Origin: an uncultured Oceanospirillaceae bacterium
GTDB taxonomy: Bacteria; Pseudomonadota; Gammaproteobacteria; Pseudomonadales; Balneatricaceae
Reading direction: 5' to 3'
Assembly (NCBI GenBank): GCA_937136055.1
Contig: CAKZOD010000043.1
Coordinates: 26,783-90,782, forward strand
DNA: 64,000 bases
Below are positions 20,101 through 30,095 of this stretch, piece by piece; within the stretch, counting starts at the first letter, position 1; the number at the start of each line of letters is the position of its first letter. The notes beneath the pieces are model-generated. The model was not told where the DNA came from. It was given only the letters and a program-made list of their open reading frames with translations, and ran no database searches. Made by a program: the position numbers and the translations under genes.

Positions 20101-21996
20101 GGTATCGGTGATATGGCAGGGGATGTATTTGGTAACGGTATGCTGTTATCCGATAAAATCTGCCTGCTCAGTGCTTTCAACCATATGCACATCTTCATCG
20201 ATCCAAACCCGGATGCTGCTAAGAGTTTTGTTGAGCGCCAGCGCTTGTTTGATCTACCGCGTTCAAGCTGGACAGATTACGACAAGAGCTTAATTTCTAA
20301 AGGTGGTGGATTGTTCGAGCGTAGTGCTAAGTCAATCAAGCTAACCCCTGAAATTAAAGCGATGCTAGGGGTTAAAAATGCCAGCATGACACCGACAGAT
20401 TTAATCAACGCGCTATTAAAAGCAGAAGTTGATTTAATTTGGAACGGTGGTATTGGGACTTACATTAAAGCCTCTTCTGAAACACATGAAGAAGTGGGTG
20501 ATAAAGCAAACGATGTGTTGCGTGTAAATGGTAACGAGTTGCGCTGTAAGGTATTAGGTGAGGGTGGTAACTTAGGTACTACACAGCTAGGGCGTGTTGA
20601 ATATTGCTTAAACGGTGGCCGCTCTAACACTGACTTCATCGATAACGCAGCGGGCGTTGATTGCTCTGACCACGAGGTTAACATCAAGATCCTACTTAAA
20701 GGGATTATGGATGATGGCGATCTGACTCAGAAGCAGCGTAATAACTTACTGGCATCAATGACTGATGAAGTGGGTGACTTAGTACTATCAAATAACTATC
20801 GTCAAGTACAGGCGATCAGTTTAGCTGAGCGTCAAACGGTTAAATCAATGGCTGAGTACCGCCGCTTTATTCACAATCTAGAAGGACAGGGTAAGTTAAA
20901 TCGCGCCTTAGAATTCTTACCCGTTGATGAAGTCATGACCGAGCGTGCGCAAAGTGGTGATGGCCTTACAAGACCTGAGCTTTCAGTGCTTATCTCTTAT
21001 GCTAAAGCGGATTTAAAAGAAGCGTTGCTTTTGACCGATGTGCCTGATGATGCATATGTTTCTCGTGAGCTAACAACGTCGTTCCCTGCTGAATTGGAAA
21101 CGAAATACGGCAAGCAAATGAAGGTTCACCGTTTGAATCGCGAGCTAGTTGCAACCCAGGTAGCTAACCATATCGTTAACTTCATGGGTATCAATTTTGT
21201 GGATCGTCTAGCGGCATCTACCGGTGCTGATGTTGGTGTCATCGCCAGAGCTTATATTCTGGTACGTGATATTTTCAAAGTCACTGAAACTTGGACTAAG
21301 ATCGAACAGATGGATTATCTGATTGATTCAGAAGTTCAGTTTGAGTTGATGCAAGAGCTACAGCATCTTACACGTCGTGCAACACGCTGGTTCGTACGCA
21401 ACCGTGTAACTGGGCTTGATTGCCAAGTTGAGTACGATCAATTCGCACCGCTTATTGCTGAAGCTGCAAAGGATATGGATACTTTCTTATTAGGTGAGTC
21501 TCTTGAGAGATGGCAGCAAGCCTTCAAGAAATATACTGACTTGGGTGTAACTGAAGATATCGCTTCTGATATTGCAGGTACCCGTGGCCTGTATTCAGTA
21601 TTGGCGATTGGCGAAATTAGCAAGACGACAAAAGTGCCTGTACAGCATGTGGCCAGAGCTTACTTTAAAGTGGGTAATAAGCTACAGCTTGCGTGGTTTG
21701 CTCAACAGCTTAATGCATTGCAAGTGGATAGCCACTGGCAGGGGCTTGCACGTGAAGCGTTCCGTGATGATTTGGAATGGCAACACGGTCAAGTGCTGAT
21801 CTCGGTATTGCAAAGCTATAAGAAAGACTGTGATATTAAAGCGTTAGTTGAAGGTTGGATGGAAAAACATCAAGCCCTTACGGTTCGTTGGAACAGTGTT
21901 TTAGATGAGTTACGTATTGCTGAGAAGCAAGACTACGCAATGTATATTGTTGCAGGTAAAGAGCTGGTTGATCTGGCTAAAAATACCAGTGAATAA
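17167..21996 (+). CDS. gdhB: NAD-specific glutamate dehydrogenase (large, ~180 kDa class)
   Basis: 1609 aa; 'GVHLRGGKVARGGLRWSDR', 'VKNAVIVPVGAKGGF', 'DDPYLVVAADKGTATFSD', 'IDNAAGVDCSDHEVNIKI'. Confidence 0.97.
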   Translation: MPTEIGTIKASLLKELNEELDSKLSGTKAQAVKQFAQAYYAAASESDLEAWRLDDLYGATLEAWQFIQNYQGDAPSVKVYNPRYEENGWQSTHTFIEILQTDKPFLVDSLRMELNRRNLTIHAINNTVLTTSREESGKLKKLLDGKSKVANKGRESLISVEVDRHSDVEDLNDLCETLTEILNEVISVVDDFPAMVEHCESAISSYAGKIANVSVHEVKETRDFLTWLKDHFTFLGYDEYKVIKKDGKTELVAVEGTQLGLLKQGGNEYCQSKIFHEISEDVGGDEADFITFSKAMAKSRIHRPSHPDYISIKKLDKNGKWIGELRFLGQYTSAVYNKSSSLIPLVRKKVESVMARSELPHGGHNWKELLQILEIHPRDELFLTAEDELFEMAMGILQIHERRQIRVFIRKDKGAHFFSCLVYAPRDVYSTEFRVKVENILKESLGCDLSDFHTYFSESILARTQFTLRSSQGNVNPNTDLKSIEKLVRQASRSWHDELRLSLIEKMGEEKGLLAYNQIGINYPAGYADMFTPRTGVADIGYMLALTDENPLSLSFYRQLENEGNELNLTLYNIHEPLPLSDVLPVLEHLGLRVIDEHPYRLQSGDDVIWLHDFNLVYTGSDKIVVKDHRLSFQEAFLAIWNKRASSDNFNRLILGAKLGWRDVVLLRAYAAYMKQIRFPISTDAIIATLNQHTPIAKNLVNLFHAYFEPSKASEKKAQQLEDKLVASFDEVSSLTDDRVLRQYLALIKGTARTNFFQQDATGQSKSYVSFKLKPQEIPGIPLPAPLFEIFVFSPRVQGVHLRGGKVARGGLRWSDRAEDFRTEVLGLVKAQQVKNAVIVPVGAKGGFVPQLMNDSMNREEFLAEGIACYKIFISALLDITDNLVDGSVVPPTNVTRRDEDDPYLVVAADKGTATFSDIANGISDEYGFWLGDAFASGGSVGYDHKGMGITAKGAWVSVERHFREMGINTAKDEFSVIGIGDMAGDVFGNGMLLSDKICLLSAFNHMHIFIDPNPDAAKSFVERQRLFDLPRSSWTDYDKSLISKGGGLFERSAKSIKLTPEIKAMLGVKNASMTPTDLINALLKAEVDLIWNGGIGTYIKASSETHEEVGDKANDVLRVNGNELRCKVLGEGGNLGTTQLGRVEYCLNGGRSNTDFIDNAAGVDCSDHEVNIKILLKGIMDDGDLTQKQRNNLLASMTDEVGDLVLSNNYRQVQAISLAERQTVKSMAEYRRFIHNLEGQGKLNRALEFLPVDEVMTERAQSGDGLTRPELSVLISYAKADLKEALLLTDVPDDAYVSRELTTSFPAELETKYGKQMKVHRLNRELVATQVANHIVNFMGINFVDRLAASTGADVGVIARAYILVRDIFKVTETWTKIEQMDYLIDSEVQFELMQELQHLTRRATRWFVRNRVTGLDCQVEYDQFAPLIAEAAKDMDTFLLGESLERWQQAFKKYTDLGVTEDIASDIAGTRGLYSVLAIGEISKTTKVPVQHVARAYFKVGNKLQLAWFAQQLNALQVDSHWQGLAREAFRDDLEWQHGQVLISVLQSYKKDCDIKALVEGWMEKHQALTVRWNSVLDELRIAEKQDYAMYIVAGKELVDLAKNTSE

Positions 21997-22023
21997 GTAA
22001 GTATTGTCATTCAGTGTTACCAG

Positions 22024-22052
22024 AAAAGCCTACATTGTGTAGGCTTTTTTTT
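22024..22052 (+). terminator. Rho-independent terminator of gdhB
   Basis: AAAAGCCTACA-TTG-TGTAGGCTTTT followed by a T run. Confidence 0.85.
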
Positions 22053-22131
22053 GTCGTAACGATAATGATTGGCGCTTTTTTAGTATTTTGACTTGAGAAC
22101 GCAACATTGCTGTAAACGATATGGAGAGTAA

Positions 22132-22686
22132 ATGGGTTGTTGGAATCAAGATAGTTATTTAAAGGCGTGGAATTTTGCAAGCCTTGCGCATCAAGGCCAA
22201 GTGCTTCACACATCTGATCTCCCTTATATTAACCATATAGGGCTTGTGACGATGGAGGTCTTATCGGCAATACCATTAGATAAAGAGCCCTTGATCGACC
22301 AACCAGATATGATGGTCCAATGTGCTCTTTTGCATGACACTCTTGAAGATACCGCTGTAGATTACCAAGAGATTAAGGAGCATTTTGGGCAGGGTGTCGC
22401 CGATGGTGTTTTAGCTTTGACAAAAAATGCCCAACTAGAAACTAAAGCACTACAAATGCAAGATAGTTTAGCGCGTATTTTACAGCAGCCAAAAGTTGTG
22501 TGGATGGTAAAACTTGCTGATCGCATCACAAACTTGCAGCCGCCACCCCCGCATTGGGATTTGGAGAAGAAACTTTATTATGCCGATGAAGCGGGCTTGA
22601 TTATGCAAACATTAGGTTCGGCTAATCCGCAATTAAAGCAGCGATTAGCGCATAAAATTGAGCAGTATCAAGTGCATTTGTCGTGA
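22132..22686 (+). CDS. Stand-alone RelA/SpoT-type HD hydrolase (Mesh1/small alarmone hydrolase-like)
   Basis: 184 aa; 'AHQGQ..PYINH', 'ALLHDTLEDT', 'VKLADRITNL'; no synthetase domain. Confidence 0.8.
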   Translation: MGCWNQDSYLKAWNFASLAHQGQVLHTSDLPYINHIGLVTMEVLSAIPLDKEPLIDQPDMMVQCALLHDTLEDTAVDYQEIKEHFGQGVADGVLALTKNAQLETKALQMQDSLARILQQPKVVWMVKLADRITNLQPPPPHWDLEKKLYYADEAGLIMQTLGSANPQLKQRLAHKIEQYQVHLS

Positions 22687-22867
22687 TTGGCATCAGCGCG
22701 AGAATTATTTTTATTTATTGAGAGATAAAGGCAAGTCAAGAAATGGGGCTATTAGGATATAAAAGCGGAAATAGATAGTACCTCTGTGCGTGCTGCTGTA
22801 GAATTCAGCGCCTTTTAAGCGCACTATTGGTTAGTGTACTTACCCTATGTACAGAAGAGATTATTAT

Positions 22868-24190
22868 ATGAGTTTTGCCGATTTGGGCCTGAATGAGTCA
22901 ATTGTTAAAGCGGTGTTAGAAAAGGGCTATGATCAGCCGACACCGATTCAAGCCCAGGCAGTGCCTGCAGTGATTGAAGGTCGTGATGTAATGGCGGCGG
23001 CGCAAACGGGCACGGGTAAAACCGCAGGCTTTACGCTACCAATACTGCATAACCTTGCAAGAGGTAACAAAGCCAAAGCTAATTGTGTGCGCACGTTGAT
23101 TTTAACCCCTACTCGTGAGCTTGCGGCGCAAGTACATGACAATGTGGTAATGTATTCGCAATATTTACCGCTAAAATCAGCGGTCGTGTTTGGTGGCGTT
23201 AAAATTAATCCGCAAATGCAAAAGCTACGCCAAGGGGTGGATGTACTGGTGGCAACACCTGGTCGTTTGTTAGATTTATTCAGTCAAAATGCAATTAAGT
23301 TTAGCCAATTAGAAGTGCTTGTGCTCGATGAAGCCGATCGCATGTTAGACATGGGTTTTATTCGCGACATTAAAAAGATTTTGGCCTTGCTGCCCGCTAA
23401 ACGTCAGAACTTGATGTTTTCAGCGACCTTTAGTGAGGAGATTAAAACACTCGCTAAAGGCTTGGTGAATAATCCGGTTGAGGTTTCTGTTTCTGCGCCT
23501 AATACTCGTGTGCGCAGTGTTGAGCACTCATTGTATGCGGTTGATAAGAAGCAAAAAGCACCGTTGCTTATTAAGTTAATTAAAGAGAATAACTGGTTTC
23601 AGGTATTGGTTTTTACGCGCACTAAGCACGGAGCCAATAAGCTAACGAAACAGCTTGAAGCTGAAAAAATTGTAGCTGCAGCAATCCATGGCAATAAAAG
23701 TCAGGGTGCACGGACTAAAGCCCTTGCAGGTTTTAAAGACAGCAGTATTCAAGTGCTGGTGGCAACGGATATAGCAGCACGTGGTATTGATATCGACCAG
23801 CTCCCGTATGTGGTTAACTTTGATTTGCCGAATGTGTCAGAAGATTATGTGCACCGTATTGGTCGTACTGGTCGAGCGGGAGCGCAAGGTCAGGCTGTGT
23901 CGCTTGTGATGAGTGAAGAGTTTAAGCAGCTTAAAGATATTGAGCGCTTAATCAAAGAGTTGATTCCGCGTAAAACAATGGAAGGGTTTACCCCGGTTAA
24001 TAAGTTGCCAGAATCAAAGCTGGATACCCGTCCCTTTAAAGCTAAAAAGCCAAAGAAGGATAAAGTTGAGCATAAAGATGGGCAGCGCAGTTCAGAAAAT
24101 ACGCGAGGCAATAAGCCTGTTTCTAAGAACAGACGTCATAGAGCCAAAGCGGGTTCAAATACCGTTAAGCAAGCGCCAAGAGTAAGCTAA
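22868..24190 (+). CDS. rhlE: DEAD-box RNA helicase RhlE-like
   Basis: Q motif, [21 protein letters not shown] and HRIGRTGR motifs; basic C-terminal tail. Start revised to 'MSFADLGL'. Confidence 0.9.
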   Translation: MSFADLGLNESIVKAVLEKGYDQPTPIQAQAVPAVIEGRDVMAAAQTGTGKTAGFTLPILHNLARGNKAKANCVRTLILTPTRELAAQVHDNVVMYSQYLPLKSAVVFGGVKINPQMQKLRQGVDVLVATPGRLLDLFSQNAIKFSQLEVLVLDEADRMLDMGFIRDIKKILALLPAKRQNLMFSATFSEEIKTLAKGLVNNPVEVSVSAPNTRVRSVEHSLYAVDKKQKAPLLIKLIKENNWFQVLVFTRTKHGANKLTKQLEAEKIVAAAIHGNKSQGARTKALAGFKDSSIQVLVATDIAARGIDIDQLPYVVNFDLPNVSEDYVHRIGRTGRAGAQGQAVSLVMSEEFKQLKDIERLIKELIPRKTMEGFTPVNKLPESKLDTRPFKAKKPKKDKVEHKDGQRSSENTRGNKPVSKNRRHRAKAGSNTVKQAPRVS

Positions 24191-24272
24191 CCCTTCTTAT
24201 TTAAGGCTGTCATAGTTTCCTGAATATCACTGTGCTTTACAATAACACAGTACTTTGCAATTAAAGCAAAAG

Positions 24273-25142
24273 CTAATCCTCGTCGTTAAGTAATTGAATA
24301 AATTGCTTAGCGGCATTGGATAGCGTTCTGTCGCGATGGTAAATATAACCCAGTTCGCGATATATCTGTGGTTGATCTGTGCTCAGTATTTTGAGTTGGT
24401 CATCAATCATGCTCATCGGTAACAAACTCCATCCTAGTCCATTCGCAACCATCATCTTTATCGTATCCAGATTGTTGGTCGACATCGATACATCTAATGC
24501 TAATCCCTGTTGAGTAAAAAGCTCGCTAGTATTTTGCCGTGTGAAGGTTTTAAGGCCTGGCAAGATAGCTTGGTATTGATTGAGTGCTTTTAAATTTACA
24601 CGCTGTTGTGTCGCTAATGGGTGATCTGTAGAAACCACAAAGTGCATTGTGTCGGTCCATACTTTTTGTGCGCATATGACAGGGTCTGGCATGGGTGCTA
24701 GCGTGATCAGAGCTAGCTCTAAGTGACCTTTCACAACTCCGTCATACGCGGTCTCAGATTCACCAAAGCTGAGGTTTAACTTGACTTGCGGGTAGGATTG
24801 ATTAAATTGGCGCAGCGTATTCGGTAAGCGGTGAATGCCGATGTGATTTGAAGAGGCGAGGGAAAGTGTGCCGCTAATTTGATCATCTAAGTTGTCGATC
24901 ACAGTGCGTGCATCTTGTAGTGACATCAGTATCTTTTGTGCACAAGGTAGCAGTGCTTGGCCGGCGCTAGTGAGATTGACTTGTCGACCAATACGATCGA
25001 ACAATTTTTTATCCAGTTGCTGCTCTAAAAGTGCGATGCGCTTGCTAATGGCAGATTGGGTGATAAAGAGAGTGTCAGACGCGCTTGAAAAAGAGCCTTG
25101 CTCAGCGACTGCAATAAATGCGTTTAAGGTATTAATGTCCAT
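24273..25142 (-). CDS. LysR-family transcriptional regulator, divergent from leuC
   Basis: 'FIAVAEQGSFSSASDTLFITQSAISKRIALLEQQL' HTH plus substrate-binding domain. Confidence 0.93.
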   Translation of the reverse strand: MDINTLNAFIAVAEQGSFSSASDTLFITQSAISKRIALLEQQLDKKLFDRIGRQVNLTSAGQALLPCAQKILMSLQDARTVIDNLDDQISGTLSLASSNHIGIHRLPNTLRQFNQSYPQVKLNLSFGESETAYDGVVKGHLELALITLAPMPDPVICAQKVWTDTMHFVVSTDHPLATQQRVNLKALNQYQAILPGLKTFTRQNTSELFTQQGLALDVSMSTNNLDTIKMMVANGLGWSLLPMSMIDDQLKILSTDQPQIYRELGYIYHRDRTLSNAAKQFIQLLNDED

Positions 25143-25167
25143 AGATAAACCGAGTTCAATAGTTTTA

Positions 25168-25184
25168 TATTCCTAACTGGAATA
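25168..25184. promoter_or_regulatory. LysR-type recognition site (T-N11-A)
   Basis: TATTCC-TAACT-GGAATA inverted repeat 26 bp upstream of the lysR start, in the lysR/leuC divergent region. Confidence 0.55.
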
Positions 25185-25362
25185 GTTTACATTAAAAATA
25201 TGAATTTGTGTTGTTTGAGTGAAATGCATAAAATAGCGGGCATAAAAACGCGCGCCATCAAAGTGTGATACCCGATGGCGATAATGCGAATTATTATAAA
25301 ATATAGCGATACTTACTAGAAAACAGTAAGCGCGCATCAGACAAGAAAAACAGGAGTAAATC

Positions 25363-26784
25363 ATGGCTGCAAGAACCCTATATGATAAGTTGTTTGAGGC
25401 ACATACAGTGCGTCAAACAGAAGATGGCAGTGCGTTATTGTACATCGACTTACAGCTTCTACATGAAGTGACATCACCACAAGCGTTTGAAGGGCTGCGT
25501 ATAGCTGGCCGTAAGCCATGGCGTCTTGATGCTAACTTAGCCACACCGGATCACAACGTACCGACAACTGAGCGCAGTGGTGGTGTGGATGAGATAGTGG
25601 ATCCTGTATCACGTATCCAAGTAAAAACATTGGATGAAAACTGTGATGATTACGGAATTTTAGAATTTAAAATGAATGATCATCGTCAAGGGATTGTTCA
25701 CGTTGTCGGCCCAGAGCAAGGTGCAACGTTACCTGGCACGACAGTGGTATGTGGTGATTCTCACACCGCAACACACGGCGCCTTTGGCGCATTGGCTCAC
25801 GGCATTGGTACATCAGAAGTTGAGCACGTATTGGCGACTCAGTGTTTGATTACCCGCAAAATGAAAAATATGCTGATTAAGGTTGAAGGTGAGCTTGGCT
25901 TAGGTGTGACAGCTAAAGATCTTGTATTGCACATTATCGGTGTATTAGGCACTGCTGGTGGTACTGGTCATGCGATTGAGTTTGGTGGTAGTACAATGTC
26001 ACAAATCTCAATGGAAGGCCGTATGACTATCTGTAATATGGCGATTGAAGCGGGCGCACGTGTTGGTATGGTGGCTGTTGATCAGATCACTCTAGATTAC
26101 GTTGAAGGACGTCCATTTGCACCAAAAGGGGATATGTGGCAGCAGGCTGTTGATGCTTGGTCTGATCTTCACTCTGATGATGGGGCGCACTTTGATACGG
26201 TTGTCGAAATAAACGCCGCTGATGTATTGCCACAAGTCACTTGGGGTACCTCACCTGAAATGGTGGTTGCTGTTAATCAGCTTGTACCAAACCCAAATAA
26301 TGAAAGCGACCCTGTTAAGAAAGACGGTATTAACCGTGCGTTGTCTTACATGGGCTTAAGTGCGGATCAGGCAATTACCGATATCGCATTGGATCGTATC
26401 TTCATTGGTTCTTGTACTAACTCGCGAATTGAAGATATGCGTGAGGCTGCTAAGGTCGCTAAAGGCCGTAAAGTAGCTGCGAACGTTAAAGAAGCCATTG
26501 TGGTGCCTGGATCAGGCTTGGTAAAAGCACAAGCAGAGGCGGAAGGGTTAGATAAAATATTTGAAGAAGCAGGCTTTCAATGGCGTGAGCCAGGTTGTTC
26601 AATGTGCTTAGCGATGAACCCAGATAAGTTAGCACCTAAAGAGCACTGTGCATCAACATCGAACAGAAACTTCGAAGGGCGCCAGGGTAATGGTGGGCGT
26701 ACCCATCTTGTGAGCCCAGCGATGGCAGCTGCGGCAGCAGTGAGCGGAACTTTTGTAGATGTTAGACAGTTGATGGAGGCTTAA
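25363..26784 (+). CDS. leuC: 3-isopropylmalate dehydratase large subunit
   Basis: 'HEVTSPQAF', 'CGDSHT', 'IGSCTNSR', '[10 protein letters not shown]', '[12 protein letters not shown]'. Confidence 0.98.
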   Translation: MAARTLYDKLFEAHTVRQTEDGSALLYIDLQLLHEVTSPQAFEGLRIAGRKPWRLDANLATPDHNVPTTERSGGVDEIVDPVSRIQVKTLDENCDDYGILEFKMNDHRQGIVHVVGPEQGATLPGTTVVCGDSHTATHGAFGALAHGIGTSEVEHVLATQCLITRKMKNMLIKVEGELGLGVTAKDLVLHIIGVLGTAGGTGHAIEFGGSTMSQISMEGRMTICNMAIEAGARVGMVAVDQITLDYVEGRPFAPKGDMWQQAVDAWSDLHSDDGAHFDTVVEINAADVLPQVTWGTSPEMVVAVNQLVPNPNNESDPVKKDGINRALSYMGLSADQAITDIALDRIFIGSCTNSRIEDMREAAKVAKGRKVAANVKEAIVVPGSGLVKAQAEAEGLDKIFEEAGFQWREPGCSMCLAMNPDKLAPKEHCASTSNRNFEGRQGNGGRTHLVSPAMAAAAAVSGTFVDVRQLMEA

Positions 26785-26787
26785 GCA

Positions 26788-27438
26788 ATGAATAAATTTA
26801 TACAACACACCGGTATCGTAGCACCTCTTGATCGTGCCAATGTCGATACAGATATGATCATTCCAAAACAGTTTCTTAAATCCATCAAGCGCTCGGGCTT
26901 TGGTGTGTATTTGTTTGATGAAATTCGCTACCTTGATGAAGGTGTCGCGGACCAAGATTGTACTAACCGTCCATTAAATAAAGATTTTGTATTAAACCAA
27001 GCGCGTTACCAGCAGTCGTCTGTTTTGCTGGCGCGTACAAACTTTGGTTGCGGATCTTCTCGTGAGCATGCACCTTGGGCGCTAGAAGATTATGGTTTCC
27101 GTACTGTTATTGCACCGAGCTTTGCTGATATTTTTTATAACAATTGCTTTAAAAACGGTATTTTACCGGTTGTTCTTAATGAAGAAATTGTCGATCAGTT
27201 ATTCACTGAGTGTGCAGCGCAAGAAGGTTATGAATTGTGTGTTGATTTAGAGCAGCAGCAAGTCGTTACTCCTTCAGGTGAGCGTTTTGATTTTGAAGTA
27301 GAAGAGTTTCGTAAGCACTGCTTGCTAAACGGTTTAGATGATATCGATTTAACATTGCAAAATGTTGACGATATTAGTGCCTTTGAAGCAAAGCATAAGC
27401 AGCAATCACCTTGGTTGTTTGGTGCGATTAAAGGTTAA
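26788..27438 (+). CDS. leuD: 3-isopropylmalate dehydratase small subunit
   Basis: '[14 protein letters not shown]', '[15 protein letters not shown]', 'SFADIFYNN'. Confidence 0.98.
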   Translation: MNKFIQHTGIVAPLDRANVDTDMIIPKQFLKSIKRSGFGVYLFDEIRYLDEGVADQDCTNRPLNKDFVLNQARYQQSSVLLARTNFGCGSSREHAPWALEDYGFRTVIAPSFADIFYNNCFKNGILPVVLNEEIVDQLFTECAAQEGYELCVDLEQQQVVTPSGERFDFEVEEFRKHCLLNGLDDIDLTLQNVDDISAFEAKHKQQSPWLFGAIKG

Positions 27439-27515
27439 TATTTTAACTTTATGAATTTATCATTTATGAAGCTGTCATGTTGCAAGATAGCTTCAATAGT
27501 CATTGGAAAAGAATA

Positions 27516-28598
27516 ATGTCAAAGAAAGTATTGGTTTTACCCGGTGATGGCATCGGCCCAGAAATTTCAGCAGAAGTTGATAAAGTCTTATCATTAGTGA
27601 ATGAGCAAGAGTCTTTAGGTTTAGCACTTGATCAAGCGCTTGTTGGTGGTGCAGCGATAGATGCCGAAGGTAGCGCTTTTCCTGAGTCAACTTGGCAAAA
27701 ATGTAAGATGGCTGATGCGATATTGCTTGCTTGTGTTGGTGGCCCTAAGTGGGATTCACTGCCGCCAGCTGAGCGCCCTGAAATAGGTGGTTTACTACAA
27801 ATTCGTTCACGTTTGGATTTATTTGGCAATCTGCGTCCCGCTATTTTGTACCCACAATTAGCAGATGCATCATCGCTCAAGCCTGAGCTAGTTTCGGGTT
27901 TAGATATCTTGATTGTGCGTGAGTTAACGGGTGGCATCTACTTTGGTCAGCCGCGGGGTATTCGTGAAAAAGAAGGTGGCATCAGAGAAGGTTTCAATAC
28001 CTATGTTTACGATGAAACTGAAATTCGCAGAATCGGTAAAGTTGCCTTTGAAGCGGCTATGAAGCGTGGCAAGAAGCTTTGTTCAGTGGATAAAGCGAAC
28101 GTGCTTGAAGTGACTATGCTATGGCGTGAGATCATGGAAGATATGAGTAAAGACTACCCAGAGGTAGAGCTAACTCACATGTATGTTGATAACGCGGCGA
28201 TGCAGCTAATTCGTGAGCCTAAGCAATTTGATGTCATTGTCACAGGTAACATGTTCGGTGATATTTTATCCGATGCTGCTGCGATGCTAACCGGCTCTAT
28301 CGGTATGCTGCCATCAGCATCATTGGATGAGAACAGCAAAGGCATGTATGAGCCTTGTCATGGTTCAGCGCCTGATATTGCAGGACAGGGAATTGCCAAC
28401 CCATTAGCGATGATTTTGTCAGCGGCGATGATGTTGCGCCACTCGCTTTCTTGTGCAGCGACTGCTGATCGCATTGAAGCGGCGGTTGAGTCAGTGCTTG
28501 ATAAAGGGTTACGTACCCCTGATATTTATAGCGAAGGTATGCAAAAGGTCAGCACTCAAGAAATGGGTGATGCGGTTGTTGCAGCGCTTAAAGCTTAA
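27516..28598 (+). CDS. leuB: 3-isopropylmalate dehydrogenase
   Basis: '[10 protein letters not shown]', '[11 protein letters not shown]', 'NMFGDILSD', '[12 protein letters not shown]'. Start revised to 'MSKKV'. Confidence 0.97.
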   Translation: MSKKVLVLPGDGIGPEISAEVDKVLSLVNEQESLGLALDQALVGGAAIDAEGSAFPESTWQKCKMADAILLACVGGPKWDSLPPAERPEIGGLLQIRSRLDLFGNLRPAILYPQLADASSLKPELVSGLDILIVRELTGGIYFGQPRGIREKEGGIREGFNTYVYDETEIRRIGKVAFEAAMKRGKKLCSVDKANVLEVTMLWREIMEDMSKDYPEVELTHMYVDNAAMQLIREPKQFDVIVTGNMFGDILSDAAAMLTGSIGMLPSASLDENSKGMYEPCHGSAPDIAGQGIANPLAMILSAAMMLRHSLSCAATADRIEAAVESVLDKGLRTPDIYSEGMQKVSTQEMGDAVVAALKA

Positions 28599-28630
28599 AA
28601 ATATAAAGCTTAAAGGGCAAAAGTAATTGA

Positions 28631-28655
28631 AAGCCGAGCAATGCTCGGCTTCTTT
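28631..28655. terminator. Terminator between leuB and the convergent helicase gene
   Basis: AAGCCGAGC-AAT-GCTCGGCTT followed by CTTT. Confidence 0.7.
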
Positions 28656-29943
28656 ATTTCTTTTTTGTACGAGCGAGAAGAGAAGGCCTGAGAGCGGGTT
28701 TAGTGGGTTTATCCAGCGCAGGTGCGATGTACTTTTCTTTCGCCGGTTTTTTTGATTTTTTATTGTTAGTCTTTTTAATATGAGCTATTTTCTCGCTGAT
28801 CATACGTCCTTTTTCCAGCATCGGAATGCTGTGAAATTGCACATTTTTGCCCATCAGTTGTTCTATTTCTAATAAGTACTGGCGCTCATCGGGTGCAACA
28901 AAAGCAATTGCTTGGCCTGTTTTTCCTGCCCGTGCCGTACGGCCTATACGATGAATATACGCTTCTGCCTGATTGGGAAGATCATAATTAACAACCCGTG
29001 GTAAGGCGTCTATATCGAGTCCTCTGGCCGCGACATCGGTTGCGACTAATACATCAACATCACCTTGAGTGAACTCGCTAAGTGCAGCAATACGCTCTTT
29101 TTGAATTTTATCACCATGGATTGAAGTTGCTTTAACTCCTTCTTGAATCAGCATCAGCGCGACCTTTTCGGCGCGTTTCTTCGTGCGCGTGAATATCAAG
29201 GTTTGCTGCCAATTGCCACTGGTGATTAAGTGAGTGAGGAGCTCATCTTTGCTGGCGTTATCAACCTTGTAGGCAATTTGTTGGATCTTCTTAGTTGTGG
29301 CCTGGTTGCTATTGACGCTTAAGCGCAGGGGGTTATTGAGCACTTGTTGAGCCCATTCTTCAACTTGGCGTGTAAACGTGGCGGAGAACAACAAGGTTTG
29401 GCGTGTTTTGGGAATGAAGCTCATGATCTTGGTGATGTCGTGAATAAATCCTAGATCTAGCATTCTATCGGCTTCATCGAATACCAGAAACTCTACTTGA
29501 TCGAGTTTGAATTTTTTCTGGATAAGCATTTCTAGCAGTCGCCCTGGGGTTGCGACTAAAATATCAGCACCGCGTTTCATTTTGCGTATTTGATTATCAA
29601 AACGAACACCTCCATAAATTGAGACAACGCGCATGGATAATGCTTCTCCATATTCAAGCGTTTTTTCAGCAACTTGAATGGCAAGCTCTCGTGTAGGCGT
29701 TAAAATCAGTGCTTTAATAGGGTGGTAGTTTTCTTCAAGCTCGCTCGTGCGCAGTGTTTCAATAATTGGTAGCGCGAATGCAGCGGTTTTGCCTGTGCCT
29801 GTTTGAGCCTGCGCTAATAGATCTTTGCCTGCTAATATTTCAGGGATGGCTTTTTCCTGAATTGCAGTAGTGGCTTTATATTCTAGTTTTTCAAGGGTGT
29901 GTTGCAGCTCTGGGCATAGTGCTAGCTGACGAAACTCTGCCAT
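28654..29943 (-). CDS. DEAD-box RNA helicase (RhlE-like paralogue)
   Basis: [21 protein letters not shown] and HRIGRTAR motifs; Lys-rich tail. Confidence 0.92.
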   Translation of the reverse strand: MAEFRQLALCPELQHTLEKLEYKATTAIQEKAIPEILAGKDLLAQAQTGTGKTAAFALPIIETLRTSELEENYHPIKALILTPTRELAIQVAEKTLEYGEALSMRVVSIYGGVRFDNQIRKMKRGADILVATPGRLLEMLIQKKFKLDQVEFLVFDEADRMLDLGFIHDITKIMSFIPKTRQTLLFSATFTRQVEEWAQQVLNNPLRLSVNSNQATTKKIQQIAYKVDNASKDELLTHLITSGNWQQTLIFTRTKKRAEKVALMLIQEGVKATSIHGDKIQKERIAALSEFTQGDVDVLVATDVAARGLDIDALPRVVNYDLPNQAEAYIHRIGRTARAGKTGQAIAFVAPDERQYLLEIEQLMGKNVQFHSIPMLEKGRMISEKIAHIKKTNNKKSKKPAKEKYIAPALDKPTKPALRPSLLARTKKK

Positions 29944-30044
29944 GTGTTGTTGCCTATATATTGGAATCTGTAAATAATTATAACGTGGTGGATAAAAAAT
30001 TGATGCTTAAATCATTTTCTAAGCGGTAGGTATGAGCGAAAACA

Positions 30045-30072
30045 GCCTTTCTTTAGTTTGGCAAAGAAAGGC
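30045..30072 (-). terminator. Stem-loop downstream of the Na/Pi cotransporter gene
   Basis: GCCTTTCTTT-N8-AAAGAAAGGC, followed by TGTTTT on the minus strand. Confidence 0.55.
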
Positions 30073-30095
30073 CGTAAAGGGGCTAAAGCAGTCTT

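Noticed and set aside
17903-21799. Many 60-110 aa alternative-frame and antisense ORFs inside gdhB (similar ones inside acnB, dpp, leu, pepD and uvrC)
   Set aside because: Fully nested in long, well-supported genes with no RBS or motif support; expected from codon bias.
22007-22213. 68-aa - strand ORF
   Set aside because: Overlaps the gdhB terminator and the start of the HD hydrolase gene in antisense.
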